From: an uncultured Cytophagia bacterium
GTDB taxonomy: Bacteria; Zhuqueibacterota; Zhuqueibacteria; Residuimicrobiales; Krinioviventaceae
Assembly: GCA_964607755.1 (NCBI GenBank)
Contig: CAZSMC010000001.1
Location: forward strand, 81,677 to 145,676
Length of the DNA: 64,000 nucleotides
Direction: 5' to 3'
The notes beneath the pieces are model-generated. The model did not search any database. It saw only the letters and a list, made by a program, of their open reading frames with translations, and had not been told where the DNA came from. Both the position numbers and the translations under genes were made by a program. Below, one piece after another: positions 51,501 to 61,003 of this stretch (positions are counted from its first letter, which is position 1; every line of letters starts with the position of its first letter).

Positions 51501-51850
51501 GAACCCGGTCCGAGGAAAGTATTCTGAATGCAAATACAGAATTGTACGGCAGCGGTTTGAATGTTGAACAGAATTTTGATATTGGCGGTCATTTTTATAT
51601 TACAGAAATCGGCTCACGATTCGCAGATAATGTACTGCGCTCTCTTGATCCGGAAGGAAAAGACTCGGGTATCCGTACAACAAGAATATTGATGAACCGC
51701 GGTTTTAAACCGCGTCTTTTTACTTTTGAAATCAGAAATGGTTATTGTTATCCATCGGTTTCTTTCAAGCAACCGTGGTATTTCCCAATACGGCTCAGTG
51801 GCGGACAGATCGAATTTGGACGGATTCCACTCGACTATTTTATTCAGTAA
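48584..51850 (+). CDS. AsmA-like/YdbH-like large inner-membrane-anchored protein (putative intermembrane lipid-transport family)
   Basis: 1088 aa; a single N-terminal TM anchor (FFIFFVPGLVVLFLLLGLAL) followed by a long repetitive domain predicted to be beta-rich; immediately followed by a DUF1318 lipoprotein gene, as in ydbH-ynbE-ydbL. Confidence 0.4.
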   Translation: MTKKSRNTEVTKRPVWKRVGRFFIFFVPGLVVLFLLLGLALHIYLTPERVGKFAAHTLQKNYHQHLEMEPVHFSLFNGLEYRNIRLSALPDSVPVSSSLPDMTLKADRLYIKYSLLRLFYREFVIKKIILDNPELEISMTAEPPKTVKSQADIAETSVTKDTLFSPLEIKLNTVQLNNARITANLQDSLQSQHIFLSNLSITLDNVKTPRGDILASNNALGGDFGLFLKKADFAYRKKGLPEETVDINGTVDLKSRLFINSLNDITFTLNLELLNAELKDAEQLTIKIDFPVRTNINGQADVGKGIVECDPISFIVQDQTWLDLSLRADSILTVPYISASMNESRIPIDQLFSLSQKFIPDSLFPDYYLHNKKAAISFAGTSLKGHLPDSLAKHKLDINAVINLSDFGITLNNGEYLIENFHFSTDLKSVFSFHGLEKTVSSVSMNLDSLSVMTVENMPLTSGPAEIDVAAELDQFSPRTISGEMSFPDLVGADFSGGFSLSSSSTVENLSGKAMFTIANFDLRRLPDTPAQGTVGASLSIDVNTLESIAAHFRVNTTPVTLENGASYTFPEMHFSTDAFARTDVQIQTVYLDSLYAAFNDILHMHANGSFTNEPVKKMHLNIADFKIEHTKLVDFMPLSPGDPLQELEVSGFTSLSGYADATMDGDSLTFDVQTRLSAPDISVDYQPAQFSISDIKFQTFLDMNSQKGLKSRVSLDIGKANLLTLRRQAFTNSAMKLQLSSQDFNTFKVDSGYISLPDLHFYTQFDAQAENVQSDPRIDARLVMDFNVQDSLQIIRDLVVSGKSNLTAALVADTSTAILDCRLESDNVNVFAGMNTVIENIFADVTIHQQIDLERGLLIGTEKPLIQTPHHRMPDYMLYRSYFQPSDQSGVSQSTIKIERIVSGEYELNNAIVTAFFGNGRIEVPHFYLDVYNGNIGGWVSIDAANKKPENVSYKLSANVSGVNSAYLLARGTRSEESILNANTELYGSGLNVEQNFDIGGHFYITEIGSRFADNVLRSLDPEGKDSGIRTTRILMNRGFKPRLFTFEIRNGYCYPSVSFKQPWYFPIRLSGGQIEFGRIPLDYFIQ

Positions 51851-51882
51851 CAAATGAGGCTTTTACTCCATTGGAGGATGGG

Positions 51883-52437
51883 ATGAAATATATTTTGCTT
51901 TTATTTTTTATCGTGCTTTTGTTCACGCAGTGCAGTGTGAAAACACCGGAAATTACCCTCACCGGCGAAAAGACAGCTCTGGAAAATCAGGTTCTGGGCA
52001 ACTATGAACAAGTAGAAAATGATATCTGGGTCACAGCTTCGTCACGAGCCGGCAAAACGCAACGAGACACGCTGAGATCGGCCCGCCAGCAAAATGTGCT
52101 GGATGCGCTCAGAGCAAGAAAATTCAACCAGGACGAAATTAGTGAACTAAAAAAAGCGCACGTCATCGGAGAAAACAATCAGGGGTTTGTGGAAATATTG
52201 GGTGGCGAGCAATACGACAATAATCCCCAATACAGGAACATGGTCAATAGAATCGTTGAGGACGAAAACCAGGCGCGGCGCGTTATTTACCAGCGCCTGG
52301 TGACGGTGAATAACAGGGCAAAATATACTGCGGAAACCAGAGTAAAATCGGTTTTTGCCAGTATGCGTCAGCAGGAATCACCAGCAGGAACCATGATTCA
52401 AAAAGCTGACGGCACATGGGTTGAAAAGGAAAAGTAA
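51883..52437 (+). CDS. DUF1318 (YdbL-like) periplasmic lipoprotein
   Basis: Start re-assigned to ATG 51883 with GGAGG RBS; lipobox LLFTQCS; C-terminal RRVIYQRLV...KADGTWVEKEK matches the YdbL/DUF1318 pattern. Confidence 0.45.
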   Translation: MKYILLLFFIVLLFTQCSVKTPEITLTGEKTALENQVLGNYEQVENDIWVTASSRAGKTQRDTLRSARQQNVLDALRARKFNQDEISELKKAHVIGENNQGFVEILGGEQYDNNPQYRNMVNRIVEDENQARRVIYQRLVTVNNRAKYTAETRVKSVFASMRQQESPAGTMIQKADGTWVEKEK

Positions 52438-52440
52438 GCC

Positions 52441-55400
52441 ATGATCTACAAGAATGTAAAATATTCACTGCTGCAATTGTTTTATCTTCTGTTTTCAGTT
52501 TTTTCTTTGCTTTTTATTCTATATGCAAACCTTTTCTCCCAGACGATTCCTGAACAATTCCGGCAGGTAACGACGCATGCTGATATCGATTTGGCACCAA
52601 GACTTTCGCCGGACGGCAAATGGCTTGCTTTTGTATCGAAACGTTCGGGCAATTATGATATCTGGTTGCGGAATATGCAAAACGGGCGAACCCGCCAGTT
52701 AACCACCCACCGCGCTGATGATTATTACCCGGCATGGGATCCAAAAAGCAGTTACATTGTGTTTGTCTCCCAGCGCAGCGATGCAGAAGGTGATGTGTTC
52801 AAACTCGAACTATCGAACATTTTGGGCGAGCTTGTCGCCAGAAAAAAGCCCGAGCAGTTGACTTTTTACAAAGGATTTGACGGTTATCCATGTGTATCCC
52901 CGGATGGCAAACAAATCGCCTGGGTTAGCGATCGCTCTGGTTTGGATAATATCTGGCTGCAGAGCAAGGGCAGGAATAAAAATGTACGCATATTAACGCA
53001 CGGCGGCGCAACGCATCCGGTCTGGAGCCCGGTCCAGGATTATCTGGCATTTACAACCTTTCGTGAAGATAAAAGCAACGGCGATATCTGGCTGCTCAAT
53101 CTTTATGCCCCAAAAGGAGCGTACGTTCCGAAAACACCTGTGGACAGTCTTGAGCGCCCGATGTGGCCTGTGACGAAAGGGCCGGCAAGGGACGGATTTC
53201 CGGTTTTTTCACCCGATGCAAAACAAATTGCTTTTGTTCGCCGTGATTTCAATACAGACAAAAACGGTAAAATCACGCCGAATGATGCGGCAGCCATCTG
53301 GAGTGTTGACATTTCCTGGGTTCCCGAGGATACATCTGCCAACAATGATCCTTTGCTAAAGCTCTATGGCGATTCGTTTAATCCCGAAATTGTTCACAAA
53401 GCTCATATCGCAACCCAGGGCTACAACACCATCCAGCCGGAATGGGGAACAGACCTGCGCATTTATTGTTCGTCTTCTCACAGCGGCAATGATGATATTT
53501 GGAGTTTGCCTGATAGCGGATTTTTCCCCGCACTCGAAAATCCTGCAGCTCAGTTCCGTTACGCTGATGAAAATTTCACCCTGCCCAACAATCTGACTTT
53601 TCACAGTCTCGATCTTTTCTTCCTTTCAGGTACGTTGTCTGAAAGGCAAAAGTTGTCATTATGGAATCGGATACAGGCCTTTCAGAATGTGTGCACAAAC
53701 TTTTCTGATGATGAATTATGTGCAGCAGCACTATTGCAGCAAAGTGTCTGTTATCATATTTTAGGCCACACTTTCAGAGCTCTAAAAATCATTCAGTACA
53801 TTAGAGAACAGGCCCGCGACCAGGAGCTCATTTCAGCCAAAGCGGATATTATGGCCACAGTTATGGCAAAAACAGTGGATCGAGATTCAGCGTCGTTATA
53901 CAATCTCCTCAATGATTTACAACGCCTTGAACAAACCGAAACGTACCACCCCCAAGCCACAGCTCTGGTTTACATCATTATCGGAGATGTGTACGACAAA
54001 ATTAATGATAATGAAAAAGCAATGTCGTATTACACACGCGCTGTTGAAAAATATCCGGATATCCGCGAACTAGCTGCTGAAAGTCTTTACAAACGGGGAA
54101 TACTGCACAAGAAAAATGACGAGTCTGAAAAAGCGATTGGAGATTTTTCAACGGTTCTTGACACATATAGCGACATTGAAAAATGGCGGCACCTGGCGCA
54201 AAAAGAGCTTTTTGGAATTTTTGAGAAAAATGTGGCAACCCGGCAAAATTATGTTGAACGCTATGAATCTATCGCTGAAAAGTATTCGGGAAATCCCTCT
54301 GTCTCTGCAGAAGCACTTTATCGTAAAGCAGCGCTTTTCCGGGAAAATGAAGACTATGCAAAAGCGCTATCAACGTTGGATTATATCGAAAATAATTTTC
54401 AGGACCATCAGGATTACACCTTTAAAGCCGCGCTTAAAAAAGCCGGTATTTTATTTGATTCGGGACAAGACAATAAAGCATTTTCCATACTGGATTCTCT
54501 TTATACTTTTCACATCGACAAAAATCCCAGCCTTGCGGATCAAGCTCAAAAGAGAATGGTTCAGGCACTTGTACGCGCTGCAGATGAATTGCGTGTCAGC
54601 AATGACTTAAAAATTGCTCTGCCTAATTATAAGCACGCCTGGCAATTAGCCCCGGACAATGTGGATGCACATCGCGGTTACATACAATGTCTCTATCGCC
54701 TGGGCCGTATTGATGAAGCTATGAGCGAATACGATGCTCTAAGCAAACAAGTCCCTGACAATAATATTGTTCAGTATGCCCGGGGTCTTGCCTATTCCTA
54801 CAAAGGCACAGAGAAAGCGGACCTCAAAAACGATCCTTATGGCATCAAACCGGAATATCTCAAAAAATCCAACGATATCATCCGCCAGGCACTTGCACAG
54901 GATTACACCTTCATAGATGCCTATCTGACAATGAGTTACAACTATGAGACTCTGGAAACCCACAATATTCGGGAACAGCAAAGGTCCAAATCGTTTTTAC
55001 GCAAATCATGGAACACTGTAACCGCTCCGCTGTTGTGGACTTTTCGTACACTCACTTTTTGGAGCGAAACCCGCGAACCGAGATACTATGAAGATGCCAT
55101 TCAGGAATTGAGCCGTGCGCTGGCATTGAATGATGAAAAGCAAAATCCGGAACTCGAAGCGCGTTTAGCTCTGAACATGGCGAACAATTATTACAAATTA
55201 GGGGAATTCGGATTTAAACGCGCTTATGAATACTATCATATTCGCATGAGGCACGATTCCACATTTGAAGACATTCAACAGGAAGCCGCGATAAAGTCGC
55301 GCATGGGACATTGCGCATTGGTCGTCCAAGACCTGGATAAAGGGCCCGGTTATTTAAAGCGCTCCATTCAGTTGTATAAAAAATTGAACAGAGACATCCA

Positions 55401-58400
55401 GGTGCTGATCAATACCAAAAGGCTGGCTCTGTTGTATGAGATTGGCGGCGATTCACAGCAAGCCTTGCGCTATTATCAGGAAGCGGCTGATGTCGAACAG
55501 CGCCGCAGCTTCCACACCGGACTCATGCGCAGTTATCGAAGCATGGCGCATCACAGCCAAATCCTCAACAGGCAGAAAGATGCCATGACTTATTCCGAAA
55601 AAGCTTTGGAGCTTTTACATAGTGATCTGATAAAACAAACAGAAGGTAAACCGATTTACCTTCAACTTGGATTGATGGGCATTTACTTTCCAATACCGTA
55701 TGATTTGCGCAATTTCGGGGTAAAATCTACCACCGAATTAACTACAGATCAGGAAGAAGCTTTTGTGTACAATGTATTAGCGAATAATTATTTGAATGAC
55801 AAGACCTATGACAAAACTCTGGAATATTTGCATAAAAAATGGAAGATTTATAAAGAACGCAAGGATGCGGATTCACAAGCGATTATATACAACAATATTG
55901 GTTATATAAACTATATCAAGGGCGACTATTATCAGGCATGGCTGGGTTTTACAAATTCGTATTGGAAGTGCTATAAAATCCATTACATAGCGGGTCAGGC
56001 GTTAAACATTCGCAACTCGGCTGAAATCGTCCTGGCAATGGCCAGAGCATCAGACCCTTATAATCGTCGAAATCTCAAAAAATGCCATGACTGGATTACC
56101 AATAAAATACACGAAATGATGCAATTGATGGAACCGCAAAAAGAACTCTACTATGATACTTTTATTCATTTTCATTTGCTTTTGGCACAGCTCGCTTTGA
56201 TTGATCCGGTTTACAATAAGAGTGATGATTTGCAAGGAACTATTTTCTCTTCGCTTACCTCTTTTGATAATGCCGAGGCCGCACTGGTTCAGCTTGATTT
56301 GGCATTAACATTGAGCAGGCTATATAAACAGAAAACTGAAGAATGTGCCATCGAATTTCATTACGGCAGGATTTATCATTTGATTGGCACCGAGAGAGAA
56401 GCTTTTCGCCATCTAATGAAAAGCCGGACCCTGGCCATCCGGGAACGGTACCTGGAGATGTTGTGGCAAATCAATACGTATATTGGCAAGACGCTCGAAG
56501 AGATGGATGATCCATTAAGAAAAGAACTGGTCAAAAATAGAACAGCACTGGATTATTATCAGGAAGCCATTGACGTTTTGCAAAGCCGGTCTTTCAAAAC
56601 ACCAGGAATCTCGATCCGGACACTTCGGGAGGCGCATGAAGAGCCTTACCGGCAGGCAATTGCTTTTATGATTGAAAAAGGCGACACCCTGGGCGCGTTT
56701 AAAACCACGGAAGCAATGCGTTCAGAAACATTCCTGAATATGGTCTCCAGAGAGAAATTACACTTTTTCTCGCAAAAAGATAGTACTTTTTATGAGCGTG
56801 CCCGTACACTCGGAGCTGACATCAACGAAAGCGAAATAAACCTGCTTCAACTCCGTCAGAGTCCGAATGTGTCGCAGTCCAGAATTAACAATCTAACCAA
56901 TGAACTTTTATTAAAAAAGCAAGAATATAACGAGCTGCTTCAACAAATAAGCATAGAGACCCCAGGACTTGAACCGCTGATTCATGTGCCTGATTTGGAA
57001 ATCTCTCAGATACAAACCCAGATTCCTTCCAGTCGGGGATTATTTTATCACGTTACGCTCGATGACTTTACTGCGGTTTGGATTATTACTAGTGATAACG
57101 TTCAATTTTTCAGGCTGCCAGTTTATAATCCTCAATTCACAGATGCTCTATTAACATTCGAACATCAGTTAGCGCAAGATTCCGCCAGCATACATGACGT
57201 GCCAACATTCCTGGATATTCTTTTTGCGCCTCTAAAAAAAGCAGCTTTTGAATATGTCACCGTGATCCCGGATTATGATGTGCTACTTTTCCCATGGCAT
57301 ATTATTAATTTTTCATCAATTGCTGAAAACATGCCCCGAATAGAACGCATAAATTCCAGTTTATCGAGTTATTCTCTTGCAAATAAAAACCGGAAACTTG
57401 AGGGGCAAAAAATTGCCACCACAGCCTCAACAAAATTATGGGAAAGTGAGAATTATACTGTACTGAATCCTGATTCTTTAATATCCAAAAAAAGATCAAC
57501 AGCTCAGGCAATGACCAATGAAGCGAACATTTTCCATCTAAAAGGTTCAACAAACTGGGACCAAATGAGTCCGTTGCGCACGACATTTGCTTTCCCGGCA
57601 CCAAAACAGAGTACACAGAATTTGACAGCTTTGTCGCTCTACGGGTATACCGCGAATCCATACATTTGCCTGCTGGACCCTGGTGCGGATTCGCTTTACT
57701 TCAACGGAAGCGAGCCGGCAATCGCTCTTGAATGTTCTTTTTTCTACAGCGGTGTGCCCTCGGTTATATTCACTTTATGGCCCAATGCAGATTCTACTTC
57801 AAGTATTTTTTATGCAGAATTTTATAAAAATTTAACAAACATGCCTCCGGCCATGGCATTACATACAACACAGAAAAATTTAAATGCAAACGGTGTTCCG
57901 GTTAGTGTCTGGGGTCGTTACCAATTTTACGGGTTCCCGGGAATGACCCGGCAGGAAGAGCAACTGTTTGCCAGCGAGAATCTCGATTTTGTCATCCAAC
58001 GCGCTGATGAAGCATTTGACAGAGGTGATTGGCTAAATGCTCTGCAATCCTACCGGCAGGCTATGGAATTGAGTGAACGCCGGGGCAATGAAATGCAGCA
58101 CCAGCTCCTTGACAGAATGCTGCAAAGTACGATGAATGGTGCCTTGTGGTCAGAGGCAATTGGTATCCAAAAACAAATTATTCATCTGGCAGAGGCGGAC
58201 AAAAACTGGCAAGCAGCCGCCAGAGGGTACAAACAACTGGCTAACTATTATAGCGAAAACAGTCAATATGAAGAAGCGGCAAAAGCCAATCAGAAATACG
58301 ACCAGCTTACCAGCCGTTACGGGCTCGAACGCAATGAAGGAAATCTTTTCATAGAGACGGCACAGATTTATGAACGCGGGCATCGCTATGAAAAAGCAAT

Positions 58401-60801
58401 AGAGTGGTACCTGAAAGCTGCAAGCGTTTTTCGTCAGGCGGGAGAAATAGGGAACGAAATACAATGTCTGCGTTTTGTCGCAAATTTGTACACCACAGAA
58501 TTGAACAATCTGCCCCAGGCTCTGGAGTATTACACGCAAGCCAATAGCAAGTTAGAAACCAATGTTCCTTCAACGGGTATTGACTTGTCTCTTGACATTT
58601 CTTCTGTTTATGAAAAGATGGGCCTTTTTACTGCAGCAGAGGAATTTGCAGGAAAAGCTTTAAATAATGCACAAAATATATCTGATTCTTTGCGGATTGC
58701 CCGGTCTCAACTCCGACTGGGTTGGGTTTTACTCAGAGAACGGGAATATCACAAAGCTCTTGTTCTGCAAGCGAGTGCAAAAAAGTATTTTATGACTAAT
58801 AATCAATATAAAGCTTTAATTGATGCTTACAAATGCCAGAGCTATATCGAATTAATCCGGAAAAACTATCAATCCGCAATTGATCATGCTTTTTCAGCCC
58901 TGAAGATAGCCAATAACCAACAACTGGAATATCATCAAGGAGAGCTCTTGCAGTTCATTGGCGTTATGCAATGGCTGCAGGGCGCGCCTCAGGCCGCAAT
59001 AGCCACTCTTCGGGAAGCGGTTTCCACCGACTCGCTCAGCAATGGTCATAGGCAAATGGCCCGTTCCATGCTCTCACTGGCGTCTTTTCATCGTCAGCTT
59101 GGCCAGGGCATCCTGGCGAAACGCTACCTCAACCGGGTTCGATCTCTGGAAGAAAAGTACCTGGATGCCGAGGCGATTGCGACCGGGCGTTACCTTTCCA
59201 GTCTGATGGCATCGCCGGAGAACGCTTTGGAACTGGCAGAGTTGGCTCATCAAACAGCTCAAAATCTTTTTATTGCAGAAATTGAATGGCGCGCTTTGGC
59301 ACAAAAAGCAGAATTAGCCGCTCAAGCAAACAGGATATCCGATGCGGTTTCATGTTTCGAGCAGAGCACAAGTTTAATTGAGAGCCAGCACTCTACGATA
59401 CGTGACCCAATATTTCAGAGTCTGGAGAAAAACAGAAATGATGTTTATACGGATTATATCAATCTGTTAATCAAACTCAACCAGCATGAACAGGCGCTCG
59501 TCATAGCAGACAGAGCAGAACAGCAACGGTTTCTCGACAAAATAAACGTCAGAAAGATTTCGTTTTCTCAAGAGCCTGGCAGTCTTTTTTCAGAACTGGT
59601 CAACGTGCGGGAAAAGCGTATACTGTCCCGGCATGAGTTTGGTCAGCTTCGAGATGAACCGGACAGCGTGGATGATCAAAACGCCATTGAATTACAAAAT
59701 CAGTTTACAAAGAGCGAGTCTCTCCTGGTCGACCAAATAAAAGAATTGGATGCTCGCAAAGTGCAACTTTTCAGGCCAGAGCCCATTAATATAAAAGAGC
59801 TGCAATCCATTTTGCCGGAAAACATGGCTGTGTTGTGCTTTTCACGGAATGATCAAAAAATCGCGTCCTGGCTTTTAAGCGGATCCGAATTGATGTTCAA
59901 ATCCACGGAATTTGAAATTAATTTAACAAAACACATTAACAATCTCGTTACCGGTCTGTCCGATAAAAGCAAAGCGGTCAACAGTAAGACGCTTTATCAG
60001 CTTTTCTGGGAGCCCTGGCGAAATAATGCGCAAAAGTACAAGTATATTGTCATTGTACCGTTTGGCGATTTACAGAATCTGCCTTTTTCTGTAGTCAAGA
60101 GAGACAAAGAAAAGCCAATAGGTCTGTTGCATAATCTGTCAACAGCAGCCAGTCTTACGCAACTCGAGATGGCGTTGCAAAACAGTCGCGATTCACAAAA
60201 CGCTGATGCCCGGGTCACAACTATTAACTATTGGACAGCCCGGGACACGAGTGCCACAGCCGTTTATTCAAAATTGTTGGTGCAATGCCTTGACCGGTAT
60301 TTTGATTCGGTTAACAATGTCCTGGCAAAGGAAACATCTGATGTTTTTATGAATCGTGATCAGTCACCACCAGGATTCGTGCTGTTTAGTTGCCCTGTTT
60401 ATAGCGATACAATAAATGCATTAAACTCGTCAATACAGATTTCTTCTATTGATGACAAATCGGCTCGATTAGAAGTGAGGACACTTTTAGCAGAACAGTT
60501 TCCCGCCCGACGCGTCGGGGTTTATGGTTTATCTCCTCACCCGCAATCGCATTCAATTTTACCAACCGGTTCCGGATTGATGCACAGCCTTATTTTTAGC
60601 GGCACATCGTCGGTGCTCTCTACACAATTTAGCAACAATGCCGGGCCTTGTTCTGTGCTATTTAAAAGGTTTTTCCGTTTTATGAGCCAGGGTTACAGCC
60701 AAGCCGAATCTCTTCGTCGTGCCCGTCAAGTTGTGTATGAGATGGTTGATTCACATCCTTCAGCATGGGGCGGCGTTACGCTGTATGGCGATTTTCGATA
60801 G
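52441..60801 (+). CDS. giant (2786 aa) TolB-like beta-propeller + TPR-array + tandem CHAT-like domain protein
   Basis: Signal/TM N-terminus; PD40/TolB-like repeats (SPDGKWLAFVSKRSGNYDIWL, YPAWDPKSSYIVFVSQRSD, CVSPDGKQIAWVSDRSG, FSPDAKQIAFVRRD); at least 30 TPR-like repeats; two regions with the CHAT C-terminal pattern (AFLxAGAxxVVxSLWxVxD...FY): SFFYSGVPSVIFTLWPNADSTSSIFYAEFY around 57.7 kb, and LMHSLIFSGTSSVLSTQFSNN...FKRFF at the C-terminus, each preceded by an IVIVPFGDL-type entry motif. Confidence 0.55.
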   Translation: MIYKNVKYSLLQLFYLLFSVFSLLFILYANLFSQTIPEQFRQVTTHADIDLAPRLSPDGKWLAFVSKRSGNYDIWLRNMQNGRTRQLTTHRADDYYPAWDPKSSYIVFVSQRSDAEGDVFKLELSNILGELVARKKPEQLTFYKGFDGYPCVSPDGKQIAWVSDRSGLDNIWLQSKGRNKNVRILTHGGATHPVWSPVQDYLAFTTFREDKSNGDIWLLNLYAPKGAYVPKTPVDSLERPMWPVTKGPARDGFPVFSPDAKQIAFVRRDFNTDKNGKITPNDAAAIWSVDISWVPEDTSANNDPLLKLYGDSFNPEIVHKAHIATQGYNTIQPEWGTDLRIYCSSSHSGNDDIWSLPDSGFFPALENPAAQFRYADENFTLPNNLTFHSLDLFFLSGTLSERQKLSLWNRIQAFQNVCTNFSDDELCAAALLQQSVCYHILGHTFRALKIIQYIREQARDQELISAKADIMATVMAKTVDRDSASLYNLLNDLQRLEQTETYHPQATALVYIIIGDVYDKINDNEKAMSYYTRAVEKYPDIRELAAESLYKRGILHKKNDESEKAIGDFSTVLDTYSDIEKWRHLAQKELFGIFEKNVATRQNYVERYESIAEKYSGNPSVSAEALYRKAALFRENEDYAKALSTLDYIENNFQDHQDYTFKAALKKAGILFDSGQDNKAFSILDSLYTFHIDKNPSLADQAQKRMVQALVRAADELRVSNDLKIALPNYKHAWQLAPDNVDAHRGYIQCLYRLGRIDEAMSEYDALSKQVPDNNIVQYARGLAYSYKGTEKADLKNDPYGIKPEYLKKSNDIIRQALAQDYTFIDAYLTMSYNYETLETHNIREQQRSKSFLRKSWNTVTAPLLWTFRTLTFWSETREPRYYEDAIQELSRALALNDEKQNPELEARLALNMANNYYKLGEFGFKRAYEYYHIRMRHDSTFEDIQQEAAIKSRMGHCALVVQDLDKGPGYLKRSIQLYKKLNRDIQVLINTKRLALLYEIGGDSQQALRYYQEAADVEQRRSFHTGLMRSYRSMAHHSQILNRQKDAMTYSEKALELLHSDLIKQTEGKPIYLQLGLMGIYFPIPYDLRNFGVKSTTELTTDQEEAFVYNVLANNYLNDKTYDKTLEYLHKKWKIYKERKDADSQAIIYNNIGYINYIKGDYYQAWLGFTNSYWKCYKIHYIAGQALNIRNSAEIVLAMARASDPYNRRNLKKCHDWITNKIHEMMQLMEPQKELYYDTFIHFHLLLAQLALIDPVYNKSDDLQGTIFSSLTSFDNAEAALVQLDLALTLSRLYKQKTEECAIEFHYGRIYHLIGTEREAFRHLMKSRTLAIRERYLEMLWQINTYIGKTLEEMDDPLRKELVKNRTALDYYQEAIDVLQSRSFKTPGISIRTLREAHEEPYRQAIAFMIEKGDTLGAFKTTEAMRSETFLNMVSREKLHFFSQKDSTFYERARTLGADINESEINLLQLRQSPNVSQSRINNLTNELLLKKQEYNELLQQISIETPGLEPLIHVPDLEISQIQTQIPSSRGLFYHVTLDDFTAVWIITSDNVQFFRLPVYNPQFTDALLTFEHQLAQDSASIHDVPTFLDILFAPLKKAAFEYVTVIPDYDVLLFPWHIINFSSIAENMPRIERINSSLSSYSLANKNRKLEGQKIATTASTKLWESENYTVLNPDSLISKKRSTAQAMTNEANIFHLKGSTNWDQMSPLRTTFAFPAPKQSTQNLTALSLYGYTANPYICLLDPGADSLYFNGSEPAIALECSFFYSGVPSVIFTLWPNADSTSSIFYAEFYKNLTNMPPAMALHTTQKNLNANGVPVSVWGRYQFYGFPGMTRQEEQLFASENLDFVIQRADEAFDRGDWLNALQSYRQAMELSERRGNEMQHQLLDRMLQSTMNGALWSEAIGIQKQIIHLAEADKNWQAAARGYKQLANYYSENSQYEEAAKANQKYDQLTSRYGLERNEGNLFIETAQIYERGHRYEKAIEWYLKAASVFRQAGEIGNEIQCLRFVANLYTTELNNLPQALEYYTQANSKLETNVPSTGIDLSLDISSVYEKMGLFTAAEEFAGKALNNAQNISDSLRIARSQLRLGWVLLREREYHKALVLQASAKKYFMTNNQYKALIDAYKCQSYIELIRKNYQSAIDHAFSALKIANNQQLEYHQGELLQFIGVMQWLQGAPQAAIATLREAVSTDSLSNGHRQMARSMLSLASFHRQLGQGILAKRYLNRVRSLEEKYLDAEAIATGRYLSSLMASPENALELAELAHQTAQNLFIAEIEWRALAQKAELAAQANRISDAVSCFEQSTSLIESQHSTIRDPIFQSLEKNRNDVYTDYINLLIKLNQHEQALVIADRAEQQRFLDKINVRKISFSQEPGSLFSELVNVREKRILSRHEFGQLRDEPDSVDDQNAIELQNQFTKSESLLVDQIKELDARKVQLFRPEPINIKELQSILPENMAVLCFSRNDQKIASWLLSGSELMFKSTEFEINLTKHINNLVTGLSDKSKAVNSKTLYQLFWEPWRNNAQKYKYIVIVPFGDLQNLPFSVVKRDKEKPIGLLHNLSTAASLTQLEMALQNSRDSQNADARVTTINYWTARDTSATAVYSKLLVQCLDRYFDSVNNVLAKETSDVFMNRDQSPPGFVLFSCPVYSDTINALNSSIQISSIDDKSARLEVRTLLAEQFPARRVGVYGLSPHPQSHSILPTGSGLMHSLIFSGTSSVLSTQFSNNAGPCSVLFKRFFRFMSQGYSQAESLRRARQVVYEMVDSHPSAWGGVTLYGDFR

Positions 60802-61003
60802 ACTCTTTATTTGTCCCCCCCCCAGCCTTTCTCTAAAAGTGTTGATTTTGAAAATTAATTTTTTCATATTAAAAAATAACTGAATTGTAACAAGCGTCTG
60901 AAATTTCATTTCTGATTGATAGAGGTGTCTTTCTCATTAAAAGAATAGCAGCATTATCGCATAGAAACGATCACGTGCATAGAATGATGGAAGAGAGGTT
61001 ACA

